From a virus: a stretch of 45,788 nt of DNA. This document shows, piece by piece, positions 8,306 to 17,148 of the stretch; within the stretch, counting starts at the first letter, position 1; each line of letters starts with the position of its first letter. Below the pieces are notes generated by a model. That model did not search any database, was not told the origin of the DNA, and saw only the letters and a list, made by a program, of their open reading frames with translations. The stretch lies in the IMG/VR virus record IMGVR_UViG_3300038544_000010; one strand, 5' to 3'. A program made the position numbers and the translations under genes.

Positions 8306-9533
8306 TGGATTAATGGCGGAGATTAAGAATTTTTCTTTTAACTCTGTCACTTCCGAGCTAAAAGCACAGCATGAAGATTGCGTAGCCAAGATTAAGGCTA
8401 GCAATATACTTGGTGGTGAACTATCTGCTGGCATTGCAGCGCAGCATTCGGCAAATAGCCGCGTGTTATCTGTGTCTGGGTCAAGTGCTGAAATCATGGT
8501 TACTGGCGTATTGGTAAAAAATATGTCGTTCATGGCTTGGCTTATGGGTGCGACCACTTATTCAGAAATTAGCTCTGCCGCTCAAGCGGTTGCAGCTGAC
8601 GATGAGATCACTGACGTTTCTGTTCGCATCGACTCTGGCGGTGGCACGGTCGCCGGCATGATGTCATGCCTAAACGCTATTAAGGCGATCAGTAAGCCAA
8701 CTACAGCCATTGTTGATGGTACATGTGGCTCTGCTGCGTACGCCATTGCCGCTCAGTGCGATCGAATTGTCGCTTTATCGAATGGTGAAATCGTAGGTAG
8801 TGTTGGCGCAATGATGTCAATGTCACGCGAGAGTGACGAAGAAACCGTTGATGTACGCGGCGACAACTCTGAAAAGAAAAATGCTGATGCGTTTTCTGAA
8901 GATGGGTTCAAGGTTCGCAAAGAAGAAGTAAACGACTTTGAGAATATTTATTTACAGGCGGTTGCAGATGGTCGCGGCGTGTCGATTGATGTAGTAAAAT
9001 CGACTTATGGCAACGGAATCATCATGTCTGCGCAAAATGCCTTAAAAGCTGGTATAATTGACGCAATCGCATCAAGTAGCGGTATCGACACCATGTCTGA
9101 TACGCAAACGGATTTAACCGCTCAGGGCAAAACTGAGCATCAACAAACTGCTCACAGTGAGGAAATCATGAATAAAGCAGAACTACAAGCAAAGCACCCT
9201 GAGCTATATGCTTCTTTGAAAGCTGAGTTTAGCGCAGAAGGTAAACAGCAAGAGCAAGAGCGCGTTTCGGCATTCGCTGAACTTGGCGAGGCTGCTGGCG
9301 CAATGGATTTGGCAATGGCTTGCATCAAAGATGGCACGCAGCACAGTGCTTCTATTAATGCTAAGTTCATGGCTGCTCAAATGAAAAACCAGACTTTAGC
9401 AAACCTGGCTGAAGATAGCGTTGACACTAAAGACGTCAATCCTAATGCGCCTATTGCTGGAAAATCTGAAGAAGAACAGCTAGACGAAGCGACTATCGCA
9501 GCGTTTGAAAGCGGCAAAATGGAGACTTTCTAA
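8289..9533 (+). CDS. S49 (SppA/ClpP-fold) prohead protease with C-terminal scaffold region, lambda gpC-like
   Basis: Motifs IDSGGGTVAGMM and DGTCGSAAYAIAAQCD. The ATG at 8289 is preceded by AAGGGG. The ORF is open from 8232. Confidence 0.8.
   Translation: MYLATDGLMAEIKNFSFNSVTSELKAQHEDCVAKIKASNILGGELSAGIAAQHSANSRVLSVSGSSAEIMVTGVLVKNMSFMAWLMGATTYSEISSAAQAVAADDEITDVSVRIDSGGGTVAGMMSCLNAIKAISKPTTAIVDGTCGSAAYAIAAQCDRIVALSNGEIVGSVGAMMSMSRESDEETVDVRGDNSEKKNADAFSEDGFKVRKEEVNDFENIYLQAVADGRGVSIDVVKSTYGNGIIMSAQNALKAGIIDAIASSSGIDTMSDTQTDLTAQGKTEHQQTAHSEEIMNKAELQAKHPELYASLKAEFSAEGKQQEQERVSAFAELGEAAGAMDLAMACIKDGTQHSASINAKFMAAQMKNQTLANLAEDSVDTKDVNPNAPIAGKSEEEQLDEATIAAFESGKMETF
9168..9533 (+). CDS. Candidate nested in-frame scaffold protein (lambda Nu3 analogue, 121 aa)
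   Basis: An internal GAGGAA RBS lies 4 nt before the in-frame ATG at 9168. The product is helical and acidic (MNKAELQAKHPELYASLKAEF...). Confidence 0.4.
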   Translation: MNKAELQAKHPELYASLKAEFSAEGKQQEQERVSAFAELGEAAGAMDLAMACIKDGTQHSASINAKFMAAQMKNQTLANLAEDSVDTKDVNPNAPIAGKSEEEQLDEATIAAFESGKMETF

Positions 9534-9931
9534 TGAGCATGACGGTAACTAATATCGATCTGCACGGCGCGATCCTTAATTGCGAAAATGCAGAAACGGA
9601 AGTTTTGGCGGTGGCTGCTGCTGAGACGCTTAACGAAGGACTTATTCTAGGTCGCAACACTACAACTGGTCAGCTTGGTTTCTATGCTCGCGGTGGCGCT
9701 GATGGTCTTGATGTTGCTCGATACATTCTGCTTTCTGATACTGTGGTAACGGCGGCAGACGTAACAGCAACAAGCAAAAACGTTCGAGTTATGCAGGTTG
9801 GCCGAGTTCGTCAAGATAAGATCTCAATCAAAGCTGGTGGCACTATCGATTACCGCGAGATTGACGGTCTTAAAGACAACTCTATCGCAGTTCTTAATAC
9901 CACTGATTACTCAGTGCTAGATAACCAATAA
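9533..9931 (+). CDS. Head decoration protein, gpD-like
   Basis: 132 aa, between protease and major capsid as in lambda. Pattern GLILGRNTTTGQLGFY ... ARYILLSD resembles the decoration-protein family. Confidence 0.6.
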   Translation: MSMTVTNIDLHGAILNCENAETEVLAVAAAETLNEGLILGRNTTTGQLGFYARGGADGLDVARYILLSDTVVTAADVTATSKNVRVMQVGRVRQDKISIKAGGTIDYREIDGLKDNSIAVLNTTDYSVLDNQ

Positions 9932-9943
9932 GGGGCTAATCAG

Positions 9944-11023
9944 ATGGCTAACGCAGTTACAACACATATGGCGCGTACTTACGTACAAGAAGCACCAGCA
10001 CCAATGGCGCTATCTTCTCTGTTTACGTCTGATGCTCGCAACTACTACTCAAGTGAAAAGATTGAGTTTGATATTGAGCGTGAAGGTGAAGAAATTGCAC
10101 CTGTATTGACCGACATCAAAAACGGAAATACCAAGTTCGCGCTTGATGAGTACACGAACAAAGAGTTTTTGGCACCGGTTATCAAAGAAGAGTTCACTCT
10201 AAACGCTTTTGATATGATCAAACGTCAAGCAGGTCAAATCTCTTTTACAGATCCAGTGTTCCGCGCAAATGCAATGACTCAGTTCATGAAGCACATGCGC
10301 TACGGTGGTAAACGCCAACGCCGCACTATTGAGCTTATGGCTGCGCAAATCCTGCAAACTGGTACTGTGACACTTAAAGACGATAAGGGCGCTGACGTAT
10401 ACAAGATCGACTTTAAGCCAAAAGCAACGCACTTCCCAACGTCTGCAACGGCTTGGACTGATGCGGCTAACTGTACTCCTGTGCAAGATCTAGAGTCTCT
10501 AGCTGACGCAATCCACACAGATGGTCAGTCAATGCCAGATCGCGCAATCTTTGGCAAGGCTGCATGGCAAAACTTTATTCGCAGTGACGAAGTTAAATCA
10601 CTGATGGATAATCGCCGCATTACCATTGGTGGTGTTGATCCAGAGACTCCGCGTCCGGGACTTCGCTACATGGGTTACATCGACCTGACTGGCTACCGTC
10701 TAAACCTATACACCTACAAAGGTGAATACAAAGATATTGGTGCATCGGTTAACTCTCGTTATGTTGAAGATAACAACGTTATCGTTCTATCTGAAAACAT
10801 GCGCCTTGACGCAACTTGGGGTGCAATCCCTCAAATCGTGCCACCAGAAACTCGCGCAATGAGCTTCCTAAGTGGTCGTATGGCAATGGCGTCTGTTGGT
10901 ATGGACTTCACAACTAACGCTTGGGTTTCGCTAAATGGCGAGTCAATCACTGGCTCTCTAGGTTCGCGTCCGCTACTTATCCCAACATCAATTGACCGCT
11001 TCGGCTGTCTGACTACGGCATAA
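9944..11023 (+). CDS. Major capsid protein, lambda gpE family
   Basis: 359 aa with an AAGGGG RBS. The N-terminal pattern (..LFTSDARNYYSSEKIEFDIEREGEEIAPV) is typical of the capsid E family, and synteny agrees. Confidence 0.8.
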   Translation: MANAVTTHMARTYVQEAPAPMALSSLFTSDARNYYSSEKIEFDIEREGEEIAPVLTDIKNGNTKFALDEYTNKEFLAPVIKEEFTLNAFDMIKRQAGQISFTDPVFRANAMTQFMKHMRYGGKRQRRTIELMAAQILQTGTVTLKDDKGADVYKIDFKPKATHFPTSATAWTDAANCTPVQDLESLADAIHTDGQSMPDRAIFGKAAWQNFIRSDEVKSLMDNRRITIGGVDPETPRPGLRYMGYIDLTGYRLNLYTYKGEYKDIGASVNSRYVEDNNVIVLSENMRLDATWGAIPQIVPPETRAMSFLSGRMAMASVGMDFTTNAWVSLNGESITGSLGSRPLLIPTSIDRFGCLTTA

Positions 11024-11034
11024 GGTGACGAGTA

Positions 11035-11238
11035 ATGGCTACTAAAAAACCAGAAACACAACTAACAGTAGCGGAAGGCAAATCAGTTTGCTTCCGTGCT
11101 GGCATCAAAGTTCACGGCGACGAGATTAGCCTTGATTGGCCTGAATTCAAGGACAATGCAAAGCTAAAAGATGAGATGCTGAAAAACGGCACTCTTGTCG
11201 AAGTCAAAGTTGAAGCTGAACAAAAAGCTAATGACTAA
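11035..11238 (+). CDS. Hypothetical head-associated protein (67 aa)
   Basis: ORF with an RBS; its stop overlaps the next start. Confidence 0.55.
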   Translation: MATKKPETQLTVAEGKSVCFRAGIKVHGDEISLDWPEFKDNAKLKDEMLKNGTLVEVKVEAEQKAND

Positions 11239-11621
11239 TGAGCTTGCTAGATCGTGTGCAGAAGGATGCGCAGAGAATAATGAACTCGCAGAGATGCGGG
11301 TTCGGTTCTCCAATCGTCCTGACTGATCCAGATTTAGTCGCATACAATCTAACGGGCATTGTTTCAGTTATCCACAATCTAATCGATCCAGATACGGGGC
11401 AACCTGTGTCTGGATTTCTTGCAACTGTGAGCTTGAATGCACTTGATTTGCAGGACGGTGGCATTGAATTGCCATATGGCGAGATGAGTATGGATAGACG
11501 CCCGTGGACTGTAGAAACGACTGTTGTTGGTGGTGTTCCTTTGCTAACCAAGGTTATTAGAGTGGCACCAGATGAAACGAACGGCAATATCTTGATTGAT
11601 TTGGGGAATTATGAGCGTTAA
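11238..11621 (+). CDS. Hypothetical head-tail connector candidate (127 aa)
   Basis: Translationally coupled ORF between the capsid and sheath genes. Confidence 0.5.
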   Translation: MSLLDRVQKDAQRIMNSQRCGFGSPIVLTDPDLVAYNLTGIVSVIHNLIDPDTGQPVSGFLATVSLNALDLQDGGIELPYGEMSMDRRPWTVETTVVGGVPLLTKVIRVAPDETNGNILIDLGNYER

Positions 11622-12297
11622 AACACTAACCGAATTAGTCCCATATTCTAGTAATACGCAAGTTGTCATGGATCGCATTGCTGAAATACTGGTTTATGAA
11701 CTGGCAAATCAGCGAGCATTGGCGCCAACGCAAGGCGGAAACGCAGAAGATTACGACATCCGCGTTTATACGGACAGGTTTAGCCCTCTTGATCAGTTCC
11801 GTGATGACAAAACTCCGCTGGTAAACATCGAATTGTCTGACGACTCAACGCAAACCAATGTCACTGCGACACATGGAAAACAGCAAGAGTCAGTCACTAT
11901 CAATCTGTATGTGTATGCAGCTGGAGTGTCAAGGGATACGCCGACAGGCCATATTCCTGCTGACTATGATGCATCAATCAAGGTTAAGAAGACGCGCAAC
12001 GTTATCAATCGTATACTGAAAGCTGACATTAACAGCAATCTGCAATTCGACACGCCAGCAGAGCGCAGCGGTGTGGTAAATTCTGTTATAATACAGTCTG
12101 GTCAGTATTTAATGCCTGATTTCGATAACCGAGACTTTGGTCCCGTTGTGGCAATGCGAATCTCATTAACGTGCAACGTTATAGAAGATCCAATGATCAA
12201 CAATGGCGTGCCGCTTGACTCGATTGTTATCGATATTGAGAAAGATGATACAGGCCTTGTGTACACAACGCTTGAGTATGACTATACGACTCCATAG
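11611..12297 (+). CDS. Hypothetical neck / tail-completion candidate (about 228 aa)
   Basis: The ORF is open from 11596. The ATG at 11611 follows GGGGAA. Placed by position only. Confidence 0.5.
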   Translation: MSVKTLTELVPYSSNTQVVMDRIAEILVYELANQRALAPTQGGNAEDYDIRVYTDRFSPLDQFRDDKTPLVNIELSDDSTQTNVTATHGKQQESVTINLYVYAAGVSRDTPTGHIPADYDASIKVKKTRNVINRILKADINSNLQFDTPAERSGVVNSVIIQSGQYLMPDFDNRDFGPVVAMRISLTCNVIEDPMINNGVPLDSIVIDIEKDDTGLVYTTLEYDYTTP

Positions 12298-12321
12298 TCG
12301 TGACAACATAGGATAATCATT

Positions 12322-13770
12322 ATGGGCTTACCCAATAGTTTGCGAGCCGCTGCCATCGGTATCGACACGCAATACAAAAATTTTAATGAAGGTGCGGTTT
12401 ACTACTTGCAGCAAGGTATTGCGGTACTGGCTCAAGGTAGTGACAGCGTAACCTATTCTACGGACAAGTTTGAAGAAACCAGTGCTGATGCGGTTGGCAC
12501 CAAGCTTGGATTTGGTTCACCTGCGCACTTGATCGCCAAAGAGCTATTGCCTGGCGCTTTCGGCGCTCGCGTAACTTTCTACCCACTGCCTAACGAAGCA
12601 GGTGGCGTTGCTGCTGCTGGCGAGCTAACTCCTACTGGCACGCAGACTACTGCGGCTGAATACGCTGTGCGCGTTGGTGGAGTTGAGTCTAACTCGTTTG
12701 CCATGCTTGTTGGTGATACTGTCGCAGACTTTATCAGCAAGGCGGTAACGGCGATCAATGGTGTTATTGACATGCCAGTTGTCGCGGCTGATGGCACCAC
12801 GAAAGTAGACCTTACCGCCAAGCATAAAGGCACTACTGGTAACGACTTGGTTGTTGAGTTGCTTGGCGTTCAGCAAGGTATTGTTGTTGCAATCACGCAG
12901 ATGACCGGCGGCTTGGTCGATCCTGACATTGATGTTGCAACAAGCCAATTTGGTAACGTGTGGGAAACCATTGTCGTTAACCAGCTTGGCACGGCGGCGC
13001 ACGACGATCTATCGACATTCGGAGAGACTCGCTGGGGTCAGCTTGTACGCAAGCCATTCTTTGCGCTGTACGGTTCAAATGAGACTGATGAGCAAGTGCT
13101 AAAAGCTTATGCAGATACTCGCAAATCAGACCGCACAAACGGTGTTATTCCTTGTCCGGGTTCGCCAACTGCGCCTTGGGTTATTGCTGCGGCTGCTGTT
13201 GCTAAGATTGCATCGCAAGCCAATGAAAACCCTGCTGTTGAGTACCGCACAGAATCGCTTCCTAGCGTAGTGAACGGCAAAGACGGCGAACAGTGGGATT
13301 ACCCTAAGCGCGACACGGCTTGGAAGTCTGGCGTGTCGTCCACTCAGATTGAAGATGGCGTTATCAAGCTGGATAACACACTGCTGTTCTATCATCCAGA
13401 TGGACGACCAGATCCAGAATACGGAAAAGTCATCTATGTAGTTAAGCTGCAAAACATCATCTACAACGTTGATTTAATCTTCAATCAACCGAAATGGAAG
13501 AAAGCCGCGCTTATTCCTGACTTTGAAGTGTCGAGCAATCCACTAGCACTTAAGCCTAATGATGCAGTTGCGGCTCTTAATGCACTAACTGACAACTTGG
13601 CGAACAATGCATTAATTAGTGATCGCGCATTCACCAAGACAAATACAGCGGCAGCTATCGATCAGTCTAACCCGAACCGTGTTAATACCACGTATCCGGT
13701 TAAACTGTCTGGTAACTGGGACATTCACTCAATCGATCTATTGTTCGGTTTCTACCTAGGAGCGTCATAA
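12322..13770 (+). CDS. Contractile tail sheath protein
   Basis: 482 aa, immediately followed by a 125-aa tube-sized gene and, further on, Mu/P2-type baseplate genes. Confidence 0.65.
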   Translation: MGLPNSLRAAAIGIDTQYKNFNEGAVYYLQQGIAVLAQGSDSVTYSTDKFEETSADAVGTKLGFGSPAHLIAKELLPGAFGARVTFYPLPNEAGGVAAAGELTPTGTQTTAAEYAVRVGGVESNSFAMLVGDTVADFISKAVTAINGVIDMPVVAADGTTKVDLTAKHKGTTGNDLVVELLGVQQGIVVAITQMTGGLVDPDIDVATSQFGNVWETIVVNQLGTAAHDDLSTFGETRWGQLVRKPFFALYGSNETDEQVLKAYADTRKSDRTNGVIPCPGSPTAPWVIAAAAVAKIASQANENPAVEYRTESLPSVVNGKDGEQWDYPKRDTAWKSGVSSTQIEDGVIKLDNTLLFYHPDGRPDPEYGKVIYVVKLQNIIYNVDLIFNQPKWKKAALIPDFEVSSNPLALKPNDAVAALNALTDNLANNALISDRAFTKTNTAAAIDQSNPNRVNTTYPVKLSGNWDIHSIDLLFGFYLGAS

Positions 13771-13771
13771 T

Positions 13772-14149
13772 ATGCCGGGTTCAATTGTTGAAGTAAGCGT
13801 AGATGGTCGCTCGTTTAAGGCGGCGGCTGATGCGGACGGTAGCACTAAATTCGGTGGCTACGAAAACGAATACCAAGCGAACGGTGACGGCGAGACTGGT
13901 CGCCTAATCCAAACACGTGTTGGTTGGTCATTCTCTGGTGTGTCGATGGCAATCGATGATGCAAATGGTGACTTGGAGTTCTTGGAAACTATCAAAGCTC
14001 AAGGTCGCTTTGTGCCAATCAAGGCTGTTTATGCCGATGGTACGGTGCGAAGTGGTCGCGGCAATATCACTGGCGAATTGGCGGTGTCGTCAATGAGTGG
14101 TACGGCTGATGTTAGTTTTGAAGGTCCCGGTACTTTCCAGATTCAGTAG
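13772..14149 (+). CDS. Tail tube protein
   Basis: 125 aa, AGGAG RBS, directly after the sheath gene. Confidence 0.6.
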   Translation: MPGSIVEVSVDGRSFKAAADADGSTKFGGYENEYQANGDGETGRLIQTRVGWSFSGVSMAIDDANGDLEFLETIKAQGRFVPIKAVYADGTVRSGRGNITGELAVSSMSGTADVSFEGPGTFQIQ

Positions 14150-14155
14150 ATAAAG

Positions 14156-14184
14156 AAAACCCCCGATTATGGGGGTTTTTGTTT
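14156..14184. terminator. Bidirectional intrinsic terminator
   Basis: AAAACCCCC-gattat-GGGGGTTTTT between convergent genes. Confidence 0.8.
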
Positions 14185-14194
14185 GTAATGGTGG

Positions 14195-14287
14195 TTAGAG
14201 CTTAAATACGTCAGCAATAAACCATCCAAAACAGAATGAGCCAACAGAAACCAAAAGAACTAAAACCCATATCTCGACAAACATCAT
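14195..14287 (-). CDS. 30-aa hydrophobic peptide (single TM)
   Basis: Below the ORF-track cut-off and translated by eye: MMFVEIWVLVLLVSVGSFCFGWFIADVFKL. AGGAGA RBS immediately upstream. Confidence 0.45.
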   Translation of the reverse strand: MMFVEIWVLVLLVSVGSFCFGWFIADVFKL

Positions 14288-14294
14288 CTATCTC

Positions 14295-14540
14295 CTATTG
14301 TTTAGTTGGTTGGCGGTTGGCGGTTGGCGGTTGGTCATTGCTTTGGCTATCCACCCACAGCCAAGCTATGGACAGCGCAAGGTTAATGATAGAGATAGCA
14401 ATAAACGGGATCCAGTTATTGTGCATAATACCAAAAAACATCATTGCAAACTGAATGCTCCAAGAAAGTCTTATCGGCTGATAATTAATGTACTTCATAA
14501 CCCAACCACCAATAAAAATGTAATCAATAAAATAGCGCAT
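14295..14540 (-). CDS. Small integral membrane protein (81 aa, 2-3 TM)
   Basis: Hydrophobic ORF in an operon with the upstream - strand genes. Preferred over the overlapping + strand ORFs 14236..14454 and 14298..14546. Confidence 0.55.
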   Translation of the reverse strand: MRYFIDYIFIGGWVMKYINYQPIRLSWSIQFAMMFFGIMHNNWIPFIAISIINLALSIAWLWVDSQSNDQPPTANRQPTKQ

Positions 14541-14570
14541 CCGTAAATGATACGTCCTGATATGTAATTT

Positions 14571-14927
14571 CTATGATCGTTTGTTAGCATTTATAAACTC
14601 CAAATCACCAAGCACAACATCACTAAGTGTGCGTGGTAGTTTTCCGCTGTTGTTTTCTAGGCAGTAGATGAGGCGATCTACATTGTTTATCGCCTCAACA
14701 AAAGACCCCCTGTGAATCATTCTGCTTCCAAATTGAACTTGCCAGTGCGCAGACTCGGCAATAACAAAGCACATAAATGGTATCGACTTTCCATTATGCT
14801 TCCATTCTGGTGACTCTCTATTGCGCTCAACTGTCTTTCTATCTATTCCTAAAAACGAAGATAGCGCACTAGCTGACAAGTTTGGATTATCTTTGATGCA
14901 CTGTAGTTTTTGTCCACTTATTGGCAT
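14571..14927 (-). CDS. Hypothetical protein (118 aa) with an N-terminal HTH-like segment
   Basis: The ATG at 14927 overlaps the upstream stop (TAATG). Segment LSASALSSFLGIDRKTVERN. The ORF is open to a GTG at 14939. Confidence 0.55.
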   Translation of the reverse strand: MPISGQKLQCIKDNPNLSASALSSFLGIDRKTVERNRESPEWKHNGKSIPFMCFVIAESAHWQVQFGSRMIHRGSFVEAINNVDRLIYCLENNSGKLPRTLSDVVLGDLEFINANKRS

Positions 14928-15130
14928 TACTCGCCCCACTCTATGAAGGTTGAAACAGAAACACCAAAAGCTTCTGCCACTTGCTTAATGGTGCCAATCT
15001 TGGTGTCTGGGCTATTCTTGCTTAGTCGGCTCAGCATTCCTTGAGAAAGACCATTATCATCCGCAAATGCTTTCTTTGTCTTGTAGCCACGAATAAGCAG
15101 TCCTGATTGAATTGATTTCTGTAAATCCAT
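14927..15130 (-). CDS. XRE/Cro-C1-type HTH transcriptional regulator (67 aa)
   Basis: KKAFADDNGLSQGMLSRLSKN...IKQVAEAFGVSVSTFIEW is a typical HTH_XRE. The gene is divergent from a + strand operon. Confidence 0.75.
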   Translation of the reverse strand: MDLQKSIQSGLLIRGYKTKKAFADDNGLSQGMLSRLSKNSPDTKIGTIKQVAEAFGVSVSTFIEWGE

Positions 15131-15153
15131 AATTACCTCGCTTTGTTTTGATA

Positions 15154-15182
15154 ATCATATGCTCAAATTAAATTATCGTCAA
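15154..15182 (-). promoter_or_regulatory. Sigma70-like promoter for the - strand regulator operon
   Basis: On the - strand: TTGACG (15182-15177), 17 nt, TATGAT (15159-15154). Confidence 0.55.
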
Positions 15183-15196
15183 GTGTAATTTTTATG

Positions 15197-15225
15197 TTGA
15201 CATGCGCAATTTATAGCGCAATACT
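15197..15225 (+). promoter_or_regulatory. Sigma70-like promoter with an operator-like palindrome in the spacer
   Basis: TTGACA (15197-15202), 17 nt, AATACT (15220-15225). The spacer carries TGCGC-aatttata-GCGCA (15203-15220). Back-to-back with the - strand promoter. Confidence 0.55.
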
Positions 15226-15254
15226 TACCACATACCAACAACGGAACCAAATAA

Positions 15255-15500
15255 ATGAGCATGAACTTTTACCCACTATTATCAGCATTCGAGTGCCACG
15301 GCATGGGTCATCCACACAAATTACCGCTTGGTAAGGTCATGTGTAAATTGATGGCTGGTGAGCGTCCAAATGACGATGATATGTCGGTAATCGTTCAAGC
15401 GTTTGTTGGTCAACCTTATTTAGATACTATGGACTTACAAGAAGTGATTGATTCGATCAATGAGGTTCATGGTACGGCTTATACAATAACAGGACGATAA
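15255..15500 (+). CDS. Hypothetical protein (81 aa)
   Basis: First ORF of the + strand accessory operon. Confidence 0.6.
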   Translation: MSMNFYPLLSAFECHGMGHPHKLPLGKVMCKLMAGERPNDDDMSVIVQAFVGQPYLDTMDLQEVIDSINEVHGTAYTITGR

Positions 15501-15501
15501 T

Positions 15502-15642
15502 ATGTGGCTAGACATGGAAGTTGAGAATCAAGAGAAAGAAATGAGCTTCGAGCAATTCTGCGAGTGGCTTGATATGTTTAACGATACTGAAGAGCTATAT
15601 AAGGCTAGCATTCAGTTATTGCCAGAAGGGGAAGTGTTGTGA
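15502..15642 (+). CDS. Hypothetical acidic protein (46 aa)
   Basis: Translated by eye: MWLDMEVENQEKEMSFEQFCEWLDMFNDTEELYKASIQLLPEGEVL. Its stop overlaps the next start (GTGA). Confidence 0.4.
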   Translation: MWLDMEVENQEKEMSFEQFCEWLDMFNDTEELYKASIQLLPEGEVL

Positions 15643-16046
15643 GTGAAGAATTAAAACCGTGTCCGTTTTGCAATTGTGAAATGGAGATTGAAACAGTTGG
15701 TCGTAGTTGGTGGAGAATTAAACCAGTTGATGGTCATGATGATTTGTGTCCTTTTGGTGAAGAGCATGAATGGGATTGCTCTCAGTCTGTATCGAAACAA
15801 GTACATATCGATGATTGGAATAACCAAACTGTTGTTAATGGTGCGCAAGACAAAATCACCCAACTAGAAAAGGATAATGCTGAGTTGGTTTCGCTTGTTG
15901 AGAAAGCATTTATTGAAGGTTGCTCGACTGGCTATAGTGAAGGTTTGAACGATGGTCAAACGTGGTCATCAAACAAGTGCTCTCTTGATAAAGATGAAGA
16001 GTGGAAATCTAGCGAGTCAAAAGAACTACTGGAGAGAATGAAATGA
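15639..16046 (+). CDS. Lar-like (restriction-alleviation family) zinc-ribbon protein, tentative
   Basis: The N-terminus LKPCPFCNCE...DDLCPFGEEHEW resembles the Lar_restr_allev N-terminal motif (KPCPFCG). GTG start. Confidence 0.4.
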   Translation: MSEELKPCPFCNCEMEIETVGRSWWRIKPVDGHDDLCPFGEEHEWDCSQSVSKQVHIDDWNNQTVVNGAQDKITQLEKDNAELVSLVEKAFIEGCSTGYSEGLNDGQTWSSNKCSLDKDEEWKSSESKELLERMK

Positions 16047-16522
16047 AAAACACACTAGACGCTTGCTGTGGTAGTCGTATGTTTTGGTTTGATAAAGAAA
16101 ATCCACTTACAGTATTCCATGACAAGCGAAGATTAGATACAGAGCTTTGCGATGGGCGGCAGTTAATAGTCGATCCAGATGTTATTGGTGACTTTACAAA
16201 CCTTGGCTTTAATGACGAACATTTTAAGATGGTTGTTCTTGATCCTCCCCATCTTAAAAATGTTGGTGAAACCTCTTGGACTTATCTTAAGTATGGAAAG
16301 TTACCAAAGGACTTTAAGCCGCATTTAACTGAAATGTTTAACGAGTGTTTCCGAGTTCTTGAAGATGATGGGGTTCTCATTTTTAAGTGGAATGAAGACC
16401 AGATACTTACTTCTGAAATAGTAGCGTTATCACCATACGAGCCAATGATTGGCCATCGTAGTGGTAAGCAGCAAAAAACGCACTGGATTGTATTCATGAA
16501 AAACGAGGCAATGAAAAAATGA
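16043..16522 (+). CDS. Small SAM-dependent methyltransferase with a DPPH motif (probable DNA N6A/N4C methylase)
   Basis: Motif-I-like LDACCGSRMFW and motif-IV-like VVLDPPHL, followed by LEDDGVLIFKW. Confidence 0.6.
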   Translation: MKNTLDACCGSRMFWFDKENPLTVFHDKRRLDTELCDGRQLIVDPDVIGDFTNLGFNDEHFKMVVLDPPHLKNVGETSWTYLKYGKLPKDFKPHLTEMFNECFRVLEDDGVLIFKWNEDQILTSEIVALSPYEPMIGHRSGKQQKTHWIVFMKNEAMKK

Positions 16523-16580
16523 CCCTCTACCTATTCAGCATTGTGTTTTCGTTAATTGGGATTTATTGGAGTGTTGGATT

Positions 16581-16811
16581 GTGAAAAGCAAACTAGTAGG
16601 GAAGATGATTTCCGATGGATGGATAAAATACCCTCAATTCCGCCCATTGAAAGGGAAGGCTGTAGAGGTAGCGACGTTCGAATTAGACTCTGCCATTTTA
16701 TTTCTAGGCAGGGGTGTGGGATCAGAGCGTAAATCATGTGGCGGTTGTATCTGCATTAATGGAACCACCATTGATAGCAATAGGTCTGTATTATGGCGCT
16801 ATGTGGACTGA
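16581..16811 (+). CDS. Hypothetical protein
   Basis: The ORF is open from a TTG at 16566. The GTG at 16581 has a GGAG RBS. Start uncertain. Confidence 0.4.
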   Translation: MKSKLVGKMISDGWIKYPQFRPLKGKAVEVATFELDSAILFLGRGVGSERKSCGGCICINGTTIDSNRSVLWRYVD

Positions 16812-16846
16812 GATAAAAATCAATAACTACTTTGGAGTGTGAATTT

Positions 16847-16948
16847 ATGATCAACTTAATATCAGGACTAATCGGATTTGCAGCGATTGTCGCAACTGTG
16901 GCGTTTATCATGGTTGCGCCAGTGTTACCACGGTTGTTTGGGCTATGA
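16847..16948 (+). CDS. 33-aa hydrophobic peptide (single TM)
   Basis: Translated by eye: MINLISGLIGFAAIVATVAFIMVAPVLPRLFGL. Its stop overlaps the next ATG (ATGA at 16945). Confidence 0.4.
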   Translation: MINLISGLIGFAAIVATVAFIMVAPVLPRLFGL

Positions 16949-17148
16949 CAAAACGCACCAAAAAGAACCACGAAATGGTCGAGATTGTCACGCTACGGCG
17001 CGATAATAAAAACTTGACCGAACGTAACGCCGAACTAACTAAAATTCTGTCACGAGCCGCCAGAGAGATAGAAACACTACAGGCGCAACTTGGTGATAAT
17101 GGTAGTCGGTATTTGTTGGATAAGATTAAACATGTTATTGGGGAGTGA
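16945..17148 (+). CDS. Hypothetical coiled-coil protein (67 aa)
   Basis: ORF translationally coupled on both sides. Confidence 0.55.
   Translation: MTKRTKKNHEMVEIVTLRRDNKNLTERNAELTKILSRAAREIETLQAQLGDNGSRYLLDKIKHVIGE

Noticed and set aside
8186-8557. - strand ORF overlapping the portal/protease junction
   Set aside because: It is antisense to two high-confidence structural genes and has no expression signals.
14236-14546. + strand ORFs 14236..14454 and 14298..14546
   Set aside because: They have no RBS and an odd composition (WRLAVGGW repeats produced by a ggttggcggttggcggttgg tract). They overlap a better-supported - strand membrane-protein ORF that sits in an operon ending at the terminator.
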